A stretch of 5,494 nucleotides of DNA from Escherichia phage Lilleto. Below are positions 1 through 5,494 of the stretch, piece by piece (position 1 is the first letter of the stretch; every line of letters begins with the position of its first letter). The DNA lies in the sequence record MK629529.1. The stretch is one strand, 5' to 3'. Both the position numbers and the translations under genes were made by a program. Under the pieces are notes generated by a model, which was not told where the DNA came from, did no database searches, and worked only from the letters and a program-made list of their open reading frames with translations.

Positions 1-1635
1 ATGTCTGTAGAATTAGTAAAACCACTCGTCGAAGCCGCTGGTATGTCGACACTTACACAATCCCCAAACCTCCGTATCTGGAAACAGGTAAACACCCGCG
101 TAAAACTCTTAGAAGAAATCCTTGCTCACTGGACAAATGGAATCCGTCGCTGCCCTGAAACCCAAGACTTCTACATGAACCCAAATTCTCAACTGGCTAC
201 CACTATTGCCTATCGTGCCCATCAAAAAGGACACAACCCAAAACTTATTCAATACCCTGATACATTTACTCTTGACGATATTATTCGCCGTAAACCAATC
301 CCTCAAACTGCCCCTAACGAATTGCGCCTCTCTGATGAAATCGGTGAGGATTACCGCCTTACAGTTATCGCTATTGCTGACGAACTGCAAGAATGTTACG
401 ACGTGCTCGGACAACTTGATATTAATAACACTATAGACCACACCCCTAAAGGTAACGCCCACTGGAGTATGCTTTATGATAAACCTGTTAACACCCATTG
501 GTCACAGCTCGTATCTAAACGACCCCTTAAAGATATCCGCGCCGATTACAACTATGCAAAGGCGAAGGGTATTAAGGATGAATGCTCAAAAATGCTTGAG
601 GAATCCACCATGAAATCACGCCGGGGCTTTACCGTTCAACGATTGATGAATGCTATGCGCCAAGCCCACACTGACGGCTGGTATGTTGTATTCGACACTC
701 TTACTCTGGCCGATGATCGCATACAGGCTTTCTATGATAATCCCAATGCTCTTCGTGACTACTTCCGTGATATTGGTCGTATGGTGCTTGCTGCCGAGGG
801 TCGCTCTGCTAATGACTCACACGCCGACTGCTATCAGTATTTTTGTGTTCCAGAGTATGGCACACAGCACGGTCGTCTACATTTCCACGCAGTGCATCTT
901 ATGCGCACACTTCCTCTGGGTTCTCGTGACCCTAACTTCGGTAAGCTGGTACGCACTAATCGCCAAATAAATAGCTTGCAAAACACTTGGCCTTACGGCT
1001 ACTCTATGCCCATCGCAGTCCGGTACTCCCAAGACGCATTCTCGCGCGCTGGCTGGCTCTGGCCTGTCGACTCAAAGGGTGAACCCCTTAAAGCTACCTC
1101 GTATATGGCTGTCGGCTTCTACGTCGCTAAATACGTCAACAAAAAATCTGATATTGACATGGCCGCAAAAGGCCTAGGGAATAAAGAATGGAACGCATCA
1201 CTGAAAACCAAAATCTCTCTACTACCAACCAAACTATTCAGAATCCGAATGTCCCGCAACTTCGGGATGAAGATGTTATCAATGGCGCACCTGACCGCCG
1301 AAACATTAATCCAACTGACCCAACTGGGCTACGACTCGACCCCGTTCAACAACGTCTTGAAACAGAACGCCAAGAAAGAGCTGAAATCGAGGCTGGCAAA
1401 AGCATCTGTCGCGACCGTTTTGGCGGCGCAACCTGTAACGACCAATCTGCTAAAATTTATGCGCGATTTGACCCGAACAATCGGAGCGTCCAACCTGCAG
1501 AATTTTATCGCTTCAATGACTCAGAAATTAACACTCATGGATACTTCTGATGAAACCAAAAACTACCTTGCTGCTGCAGGAATTACTACTGCTTGCTTAC
1601 GAATTAAATCGAAGTGGACTGCTGGTGGAAAATGA
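1..1635 (+). CDS. A: Replication initiation protein A (rolling-circle HUH endonuclease)
   Basis: 544-aa ORF from the track. HUH-type motif HFHAVH and the paired catalytic tyrosines in [12 protein letters not shown] (Tyr codons at 1120-1122 and 1132-1134). C-terminal two thirds closely resemble phiX174 protein A from memory. Stop TGA 1633-1635 overlaps the gene C start. Start at nt 1 assumes the genome was rotated to the A start; if circular, GGAGG at 5481-5485 lies 9 nt upstream. Confidence 0.94.
   Translation: MSVELVKPLVEAAGMSTLTQSPNLRIWKQVNTRVKLLEEILAHWTNGIRRCPETQDFYMNPNSQLATTIAYRAHQKGHNPKLIQYPDTFTLDDIIRRKPIPQTAPNELRLSDEIGEDYRLTVIAIADELQECYDVLGQLDINNTIDHTPKGNAHWSMLYDKPVNTHWSQLVSKRPLKDIRADYNYAKAKGIKDECSKMLEESTMKSRRGFTVQRLMNAMRQAHTDGWYVVFDTLTLADDRIQAFYDNPNALRDYFRDIGRMVLAAEGRSANDSHADCYQYFCVPEYGTQHGRLHFHAVHLMRTLPLGSRDPNFGKLVRTNRQINSLQNTWPYGYSMPIAVRYSQDAFSRAGWLWPVDSKGEPLKATSYMAVGFYVAKYVNKKSDIDMAAKGLGNKEWNASLKTKISLLPTKLFRIRMSRNFGMKMLSMAHLTAETLIQLTQLGYDSTPFNNVLKQNAKKELKSRLAKASVATVLAAQPVTTNLLKFMRDLTRTIGASNLQNFIASMTQKLTLMDTSDETKNYLAAAGITTACLRIKSKWTAGGK
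412..441 (+). other. ori(+): Viral (+) strand origin of rolling-circle replication, 30-nt core nicked by protein A
   Basis: Exact occurrence of CAACTTGATATTAATAACACTATAGACCAC, the conserved 30-nt origin embedded in gene A of phiX174-type phages (from memory). Expected nick between G418 and A419. Confidence 0.85.
610..1635 (+). CDS. A*: A* protein (in-frame internal initiation within gene A)
   Basis: In-frame ATG at 610 (A residue 204) preceded by GAGGAA at 598-603. Product is 341 aa beginning MKSRRGF, the same length and N-terminus I recall for phiX174 A*. Expression is not provable from sequence. Confidence 0.6.
   Translation: MKSRRGFTVQRLMNAMRQAHTDGWYVVFDTLTLADDRIQAFYDNPNALRDYFRDIGRMVLAAEGRSANDSHADCYQYFCVPEYGTQHGRLHFHAVHLMRTLPLGSRDPNFGKLVRTNRQINSLQNTWPYGYSMPIAVRYSQDAFSRAGWLWPVDSKGEPLKATSYMAVGFYVAKYVNKKSDIDMAAKGLGNKEWNASLKTKISLLPTKLFRIRMSRNFGMKMLSMAHLTAETLIQLTQLGYDSTPFNNVLKQNAKKELKSRLAKASVATVLAAQPVTTNLLKFMRDLTRTIGASNLQNFIASMTQKLTLMDTSDETKNYLAAAGITTACLRIKSKWTAGGK
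976..1005 (+). promoter_or_regulatory. Candidate promoter P_B inside gene A
   Basis: TTGCAA at 976-981, 18-nt spacer, TACTCT at 1000-1005, about 185 nt upstream of gene B. The -10 match is weak; the call rests mainly on position by analogy to phiX174. Confidence 0.25.
1188..1550 (+). CDS. B: Internal scaffolding protein B
   Basis: 120-aa ORF in a different frame, fully inside gene A. C-terminal part ([25 protein letters not shown]....[15 protein letters not shown]) matches my recollection of phiX174 B. ATG 1188 preceded by AGGGA at 1176-1180. Stop TGA 1548-1550 overlaps the K start. Confidence 0.9.
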   Translation: MERITENQNLSTTNQTIQNPNVPQLRDEDVINGAPDRRNINPTDPTGLRLDPVQQRLETERQERAEIEAGKSICRDRFGGATCNDQSAKIYARFDPNNRSVQPAEFYRFNDSEINTHGYF

Positions 1636-1714
1636 AGAAATTCAATCTTGCACTAAAGAACTCGAGAGGGTCTTACTTCGCAACCTTTCGCCATCAACTC
1701 GCAATACTCTCTAA
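1550..1714 (+). CDS. K: Protein K (small membrane protein)
   Basis: Not in the ORF track (short); hand-translated from ATG 1550 to TAA 1712-1714, 54 aa: [54 protein letters not shown]. The core [20 protein letters not shown] of phiX174 K is conserved. It sits in the third frame across the A/C junction, the canonical K position. Confidence 0.8.
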   Translation: MKPKTTLLLQELLLLAYELNRSGLLVENEEIQSCTKELERVLLRNLSPSTRNTL

Positions 1715-1892
1715 GGCTGATGCCCTTGACGAGGAAAAATGGCTTAACATGCTGGGCGCTCTTCTTAAGGACTGGTTCCGCTACGAAGAACATTTCGTAC
1801 ATGGCAAACAATCTTTAGTTGACATATTAATCGAACGGGGGTTACTATCCCCCACACAAACAACCCGTAACAACAAAGGAAATACCAAATGA
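1632..1892 (+). CDS. C: Protein C (DNA maturation / switch to single-strand synthesis)
   Basis: 86 aa from ATG 1632 ([23 protein letters not shown]...), very similar to phiX174 C. ATG overlaps the A stop as ATGA (1632-1635); stop TGA 1890-1892 overlaps the D start as ATGA. The track's 1614 start is a GTG extension; the ATG is preferred. Confidence 0.9.
   Translation: MKKFNLALKNSRGSYFATFRHQLAILSKADALDEEKWLNMLGALLKDWFRYEEHFVHGKQSLVDILIERGLLSPTQTTRNNKGNTK
1819..1848 (+). promoter_or_regulatory. Candidate promoter P_D inside gene C
   Basis: TTGACA at 1819-1824, 18-nt spacer, TACTAT at 1843-1848, about 40 nt upstream of gene D. phiX174 has a similar TTGACA...TTACTAT arrangement upstream of D (from memory). 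Confidence 0.45.
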
Positions 1893-2344
1893 ACTCCAAC
1901 GAATCTGCTGTAGCCTTTCAAACTGCAATCGCTTCTATCAAAATGATTCAAGCCTCATCCGTCCTCGACCTTACCGAAGACGACTTCGAATTCTTAACTG
2001 GCGACCGTGTCTGGATTGCTACTGACCGCTCCCGCGCCCGCCGTGCTGTCGAGGCTTGTGTATATGGAACACTGGACTTTGTCGGGTATCCTCGCTTTCC
2101 TGCTCCTGTTGAGTTTATTTCTGCTGTTATCGCTTACTACGTTCATCCGGTCAACACCCAGACCGCTTGTCTCATCATGGAAGGAGCCGAATTTACTGAA
2201 AACATCGTCAATGGCGTTGAATCCCCAGTTAAGGCTTCCGAACTCTTCGCTTTCGTTCTCCGTGTCCGCGCTGGCTGTAAAGACGTCCTCGAAGGTGCCG
2301 AAGACAACATCCGCGCTAAACTCCGTGCACAAGGAATCATGTAA
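1889..2344 (+). CDS. D: External scaffolding protein D
   Basis: 151-aa ORF, near-identical over long stretches to phiX174 D (e.g. WIATDRSRARR.VEACVYGTLDFVGYPRFPAPVEFI). AAAGGA at 1874-1879 upstream of ATG 1889. Stop TAA 2342-2344 overlaps the J start as TAATG. Confidence 0.95.
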   Translation: MNSNESAVAFQTAIASIKMIQASSVLDLTEDDFEFLTGDRVWIATDRSRARRAVEACVYGTLDFVGYPRFPAPVEFISAVIAYYVHPVNTQTACLIMEGAEFTENIVNGVESPVKASELFAFVLRVRAGCKDVLEGAEDNIRAKLRAQGIM

Positions 2345-2351
2345 TGGCTAA
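2064..2351 (+). CDS. E: Lysis protein E (MraY inhibitor), overprinted in the +1 frame of gene D
   Basis: 95 aa from ATG 2064 (MEHWTLSGILAFLLLLSLFLLLSL...); N-terminal hydrophobic domain with the W4/LAFLLLLSL signature of phiX174 E. GAGG at 2051-2054 upstream. Stop TAA 2349-2351. The track ORF 2007..2351 is the same frame with an upstream alternative start. Confidence 0.85.
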   Translation: MEHWTLSGILAFLLLLSLFLLLSLTTFIRSTPRPLVSSWKEPNLLKTSSMALNPQLRLPNSSLSFSVSALAVKTSSKVPKTTSALNSVHKESCNG

Positions 2352-2430
2352 AGGCAAATCATATCGCCGCGGCTCTGCTGGCAACAAAAAAGGCTCCCGC
2401 CTCTGGTACGTTGGCGGCTCACAATTCTAA
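2344..2430 (+). CDS. J: Small basic DNA-binding/packaging protein J
   Basis: Hand-translated: MAKGKSYRRGSAGNKKGSRLWYVGGSQF, 28 aa, stop TAA 2428-2430. Basic N-terminus and the conserved ARLWYVGG.QF-type C-terminus of J proteins. AAGGAA at 2331-2336 upstream. Confidence 0.8.
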   Translation: MAKGKSYRRGSAGNKKGSRLWYVGGSQF

Positions 2431-2438
2431 CCTCCTAT

Positions 2439-2456
2439 GTGGGACCACGGTCCCAC
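2439..2456 (+). terminator. J-F intergenic hairpin (terminator or mRNA-stabilising stem-loop)
   Basis: Perfect inverted repeat GTGGGACC / GGTCCCAC around a short loop, followed by TCTATTT. It sits where phiX174-type phages carry the post-J terminator. Confidence 0.5.
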
Positions 2457-2474
2457 TCTATTTAAGGATATAAA

Positions 2475-3761
2475 ATGTCTAATGTTCAAACTTCTGCCTC
2501 TCGTGATGCAATTGATTTATCACATCTGGTCTTCAACACTGGCGCTATTGGTCGCCTTAAAGTCGCATCATGGACCCCTGTTATCGCTGGTGATTCTTTC
2601 CAGCTTGACGCTGTTGGTGCTTTACGCTTATCCCCTCTGCGTCGCGGCTTGGCTATTGACTCAACTGTTGATTACTTCACTTTCTACATTCCACACCGTC
2701 ATATCTATGGCGATGCATGGATTCAATTTATGAAAACTGGTGTCGCTGCCACTTCTCTTAACCCTGTAACTACTGGCGAATACGTTGATAGCGCCTCTTA
2801 TCTTGGTGTAATCCCTTCTGCTGATGGCAAGGTTCCCAAGTTCCTGCACCAAGGCTATCTCAATATTTACAATAACTACTTCAAAGCCCCTTGGATGGCT
2901 GACCGTACTGAGGCAAACCCCTCCAACTTAAACGACGACGACCGTCGTCACGGCTTCCGCTGCTGCCATCTAAAAAACATCTGGTCCGCACCTCTTCCTC
3001 CTCAAACGGAAATCACTCGCGCTATGACTACTGGCGCTACTTCTATTGATATTATGGGTCTGCAAGCTGCTTACGCCCAACTTCACACTGATCAAGAACG
3101 TGACTACTTTATGCAGCGTTACCGTGACGTAATCTCTTCGTTCGGTGGCAAAACTCACTATGACGCTGATAATCGTCCTCTTCTGCTTATGCGCTCTAAC
3201 TTCTGGGCTTCTGGCTATGATATCGACGGCACTGACCAAACTTCATTAGGTCAATTCTCTGGCCGCGTCCAGCAAACATTCCGTCACTCTGTTCCTCGCT
3301 TCTTCGTACCGGAACACGGCGTTATTATGACTCTTCAGCTCGTACGCTTCCCGCCTACCTGCACTGAGGAAACTCACTATCTCGTCGGCAAAGGCGCACT
3401 AAACTATACTGACCTTGCGGGTGATCCAACTCTTTACGGTAACTTACCGCCTCGCGAAATCGAAATGAAAACTCTCTTCCGTGGCGCTGCTGGCTCTACT
3501 GAAAAAATCAAAATTGCCGAAGGGCAATGGTATCGCTATCATCCTTCTTACGTTGATGGACAATATCACAACCTTCAAGGCTTCCCGTTCATCCAAAATG
3601 GTCCAACTGGCAACATGGAAAACCGTGTACTGATTGACCATAAAAAATACGACGAATGCTTCCAATCACTCCAATTAACTCACTGGAATGCCCAGGCTAA
3701 ATACAATGTCACTGTATATCGACATATCCCGACCACACGTGATAGCATCATGACTTCTTAA
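2475..3761 (+). CDS. F: Major capsid protein F
   Basis: 428-aa ORF with high similarity throughout to phiX174 F (e.g. GALRLSPLRRGLAIDSTVD, HTDQERDYFMQRYRDVISSFGGKT, TTRDSIMTS terminus). AAGGA at 2464-2468 upstream of ATG 2475. Stop TAA 3759-3761. Confidence 0.97.
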   Translation: MSNVQTSASRDAIDLSHLVFNTGAIGRLKVASWTPVIAGDSFQLDAVGALRLSPLRRGLAIDSTVDYFTFYIPHRHIYGDAWIQFMKTGVAATSLNPVTTGEYVDSASYLGVIPSADGKVPKFLHQGYLNIYNNYFKAPWMADRTEANPSNLNDDDRRHGFRCCHLKNIWSAPLPPQTEITRAMTTGATSIDIMGLQAAYAQLHTDQERDYFMQRYRDVISSFGGKTHYDADNRPLLLMRSNFWASGYDIDGTDQTSLGQFSGRVQQTFRHSVPRFFVPEHGVIMTLQLVRFPPTCTEETHYLVGKGALNYTDLAGDPTLYGNLPPREIEMKTLFRGAAGSTEKIKIAEGQWYRYHPSYVDGQYHNLQGFPFIQNGPTGNMENRVLIDHKKYDECFQSLQLTHWNAQAKYNVTVYRHIPTTRDSIMTS

Positions 3762-3772
3762 AGCCTATAACG

Positions 3773-3812
3773 TGACAGGGGGCGAAAAATTTTAATTTTT
3801 CGCCCCCTGTCA
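3773..3812 (+). other. F-G intergenic hairpin with 17-bp perfect stem; candidate complementary-strand origin element or terminator
   Basis: TGACAGGGGGCGAAAAA (3773-3789) pairs perfectly with TTTTTCGCCCCCTGTCA (3796-3812) around loop TTTTAA. The F-G intergenic region is where G4-type phages carry the primase-dependent complementary-strand origin and where phiX174 carries a terminator. Confidence 0.5.
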
Positions 3813-3862
3813 GGTTGAACAAGCGCAAGCGCGTTAGCTACCTAACTATAAGGACTACTCAA

Positions 3863-4387
3863 ATGTTCCAGAACTTTGTCACTAAACACAATTCTCCTCA
3901 ATTTACTACTACTATCACAAAGGCTGTCACTCCCGCCGCGTTGGCTCCTATTATTAATACGCCAACCGTTGCGCGTGACAATCTATTTGTGAATCTAACT
4001 ATTACCGCCCTGACTTCTCCGGGCGGTATCTCTGCTGTTGTCGCTATCGACAACTCCTCTCATACCGACAATCAGGTCGTTTCTGTTGCTGCCTCACTTT
4101 CTACTATCGGCAGCCTCGTACCTGTTCTTTGTCGGTTTGAATCTGCTACTGTCCCAACGGCTATCCCCGCCTCTGCGGTTACTTACTATCCGTTGGAATT
4201 TAAATCATCTGATACTACTCTGTCCGTTAAGGACTGCGTTACTGTCTCTACTCTTTCTCGCTCTGGCAATCCTGTTTATGTAGGTATTGCCCTTATTGCG
4301 AAATCATTTGTCGCCGGTACTGTGTACGGCTCCATCTCAATTAATCAGGTTGACCAAGAAATCACAACTCTGCAACCTCTCAAATAA
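3863..4387 (+). CDS. G: Major spike protein G
   Basis: 174 aa from ATG 3863 (MFQNFVTKHNS...), preceded by AAGGA at 3850-3854. Ends ...QVDQEITTLQPLK, like phiX174 G (...QVIKEIICLQPLK). The track ORF begins at a TTG (3815) inside the intergenic hairpin region; that extension is rejected. Confidence 0.93.
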   Translation: MFQNFVTKHNSPQFTTTITKAVTPAALAPIINTPTVARDNLFVNLTITALTSPGGISAVVAIDNSSHTDNQVVSVAASLSTIGSLVPVLCRFESATVPTAIPASAVTYYPLEFKSSDTTLSVKDCVTVSTLSRSGNPVYVGIALIAKSFVAGTVYGSISINQVDQEITTLQPLK

Positions 4388-4396
4388 GGAATCTCT

Positions 4397-5434
4397 ATGT
4401 TTGGTGCAATCGCTGGCGGCATCGCCTCTACTCTTGCTGGCGGTCTAATGTCCAAACTGATGGGCGGCAATAAACAAGCCGCCCCTTTAACTCCCGGACA
4501 AGGCCTCTTTGCTACTCCTGAAACTACTATCTCTGCTGACAATGCAGGTATTCAATCTGTTATGCAGGGACCTAACCCGCCTAGCCCTGATAAGGCGGCT
4601 CCTACATTTACCGAATCTGCCGTCTCCTCACTTAAGGATGCTGGCAAAGGACTCCTCGATGGTACTCTACAAGCTGGCGGCTCTGCTGTTCAACAAGCTC
4701 TTCTTAACAAAATTGGCCTCGGTGGCAAATCTGCTGCTGATAAAGGCAAGGATACTAAAGATTACCTTGCTTCTGCGTTCCCAGAGCTCAACCCGTGGGA
4801 ACGCGCTGGCGCTGGTGCTTCCTCTGCTGGTATGGTTGACGCTGGTTTTGAAAACCAAAAACAACTAACCAAGATGCAACTTGACAACCAAGTCAAAATC
4901 GCTAAGATGCAAAACGAAACTCAAAAGGATATCGCTGGCATCCAGTCTGTCACATCACGCATGAATACTAAGGATTCTGTCTATGCTCAAAATGAAATGC
5001 TCTCTTACAACCAAAAAGAATCTATGTCACGCGTTGGCGCTATTCTCGAAAACACAAGCCTCACCAAACAACAACAAGTTTCTGAAATTATGCGCCAAAT
5101 GCTTACTCAGGCTCAAACCTCAGGACAGCACTTTACTAACGCTCAAATCCAAGAACTTACTCGAAAAGTCGGTGCTGATATTGATGCTGTTCGTGCTAAC
5201 ACTGAACGCACCCATGTAGAAACTGACCGCTCTAAACAGGAAGTCCAAAACTCACGTTATGCTTCATCACAGGTCGGTAAAACCGCCAAGGACGTATCAA
5301 ATGTCATTAGTGACGCATCTTCTGGTATTGTTGATTATTTTCGCGGCGTTGATAAAGCTGTGGCTGACACTTGGAACAATTATTGGAAAGATGGTAAAGC
5401 CGACGGAGTAGGCTCAAATATGTCTCGCAAATAG
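4397..5434 (+). CDS. H: Minor spike / DNA pilot protein H
   Basis: 345-aa ORF: [20 protein letters not shown]-terminus, glycine-rich region, and the KDGKADG.GSN.SRK C-terminus of phiX174 H. AAGGA at 4386-4390 upstream of ATG 4397. Stop TAG 5432-5434. Confidence 0.95.
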   Translation: MFGAIAGGIASTLAGGLMSKLMGGNKQAAPLTPGQGLFATPETTISADNAGIQSVMQGPNPPSPDKAAPTFTESAVSSLKDAGKGLLDGTLQAGGSAVQQALLNKIGLGGKSAADKGKDTKDYLASAFPELNPWERAGAGASSAGMVDAGFENQKQLTKMQLDNQVKIAKMQNETQKDIAGIQSVTSRMNTKDSVYAQNEMLSYNQKESMSRVGAILENTSLTKQQQVSEIMRQMLTQAQTSGQHFTNAQIQELTRKVGADIDAVRANTERTHVETDRSKQEVQNSRYASSQVGKTAKDVSNVISDASSGIVDYFRGVDKAVADTWNNYWKDGKADGVGSNMSRK

Positions 5435-5435
5435 C

Positions 5436-5465
5436 TTGACAATCACATCATAAATCCTATCTAAT
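5436..5465 (+). promoter_or_regulatory. Candidate promoter P_A in the H-A intergenic region
   Basis: Consensus -35 TTGACA at 5436-5441 directly after the H stop; 18-nt spacer to TCTAAT at 5460-5465 (5 of 6 matches to TATAAT). Would drive gene A transcription across the circular junction. Confidence 0.4.
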
Positions 5466-5494
5466 AGCCTCCATTAACACGGAGGCTCTTTCGA
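5466..5494 (+). terminator. H-A intergenic hairpin (candidate post-H terminator; overlaps the gene A Shine-Dalgarno)
   Basis: AGCCTCC (5466-5472) pairs with GGAGGCT (5481-5487) around the 8-nt loop ATTAACAC, followed by CTTTCGA. The right arm contains GGAGG, 9 nt before the gene A ATG if the sequence is circular. Confidence 0.45.

Noticed and set aside
109-498. 129-aa ORF on the minus strand inside gene A
   Set aside because: All genes in this phage family are on the viral (+) strand. It lies antisense to the conserved gene A and origin, and has no distinctive ribosome-binding site.
206-970. Plus-strand ORFs 206..436 (76 aa) and 650..970 (106 aa) in alternative frames inside gene A
   Set aside because: Low-complexity, Leu/Thr-rich translations of an off frame of a T-rich coding region. 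No known microvirus gene occupies these positions; the only established embedded genes in A are B and K.
1154-1182. TTGACA at 1154-1159 as a promoter for gene B
   Set aside because: Only 29 nt before the B start codon with no acceptable -10 hexamer at the right spacing; a transcript would start at or after the B ATG.
1614-1631. GTG-initiated N-terminal extension of gene C
   Set aside because: The ATG at 1632 gives an 86-aa product matching phiX174 C in length and N-terminus and forms the canonical ATGA overlap with the A stop.
2007-2063. Upstream start for the E reading frame at 2007
   Set aside because: The homologous E N-terminus (MEHWTL...) begins at the internal ATG 2064, which has a GAGG motif 9 nt upstream; the extension has no counterpart in known E proteins.
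1994-2340. Minus-strand ORFs 1994..2332 (112 aa) and 2143..2340 (65 aa) inside gene D
   Set aside because: Antisense to the highly conserved D/E region; no start context; wrong strand for this family.
2437-2733. 98-aa plus-strand ORF overlapping the start of gene F in another frame
   Set aside because: Starts inside the J-F intergenic hairpin and gives a low-complexity hydrophobic translation; no known overprinted gene in F.
2661-3665. Minus-strand ORFs 2661..2852, 2970..3239 and 3444..3665 inside gene F
   Set aside because: Antisense to the most conserved gene of the family; short; no ribosome-binding sites; wrong strand.
3815-3862. TTG-initiated extension of gene G (MNKRKRVSYLTIRTTQ)
   Set aside because: It covers the F-G intergenic hairpin region; the ATG at 3863 has a proper AAGGA motif and gives the conserved G N-terminus MFQ.F.
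4038-5219. Alternative-frame and minus-strand ORFs inside G and H (4038..4283 +, 4345..4542 -, 4509..4868 +, 4667..4864 -, 4983..5219 +)
   Set aside because: Leu-rich low-complexity translations of off frames or the antisense strand of conserved structural genes; no independent start signals or homology I can recognise.
1-5494. Possibility of a defence island, toxin-antitoxin pair, CRISPR array or mobile element
   Set aside because: The whole window is accounted for by a compact microvirus genome with canonical gene order. There are no repeat arrays, integrase or transposase signatures, or unexplained coding space.

Overview
The window reads as a complete, or nearly complete, genome of a phiX174/G4-like microvirus (Microviridae, Bullavirinae), about 5.5 kb, linearised at the start codon of gene A. 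All eleven canonical genes are on the + strand in the canonical order A (with internal A*), B, K, C, D, E, J, F, G, H. B lies inside A in another frame, K spans the A/C junction, and E is overprinted inside D. Four gene junctions share start/stop nucleotides (TGATG, ATGA, ATGA, TAATG). The 30-nt viral-strand replication origin sits inside gene A at 412..441, and there are hairpins in the J-F, F-G and H-A intergenic regions. I see no defence system, mobile element, CRISPR array, tRNA or rRNA, and I do not think the window holds a previously undescribed system: it is a well-known phage family. The most unusual points are that the lysis protein E lacks the proline aligned with phiX174 Pro21, the long perfect F-G intergenic hairpin, and an H-A hairpin that would sequester the gene A ribosome-binding site if the genome is circular. 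All protein comparisons rest on my recollection of phiX174 sequences, not on a database search.
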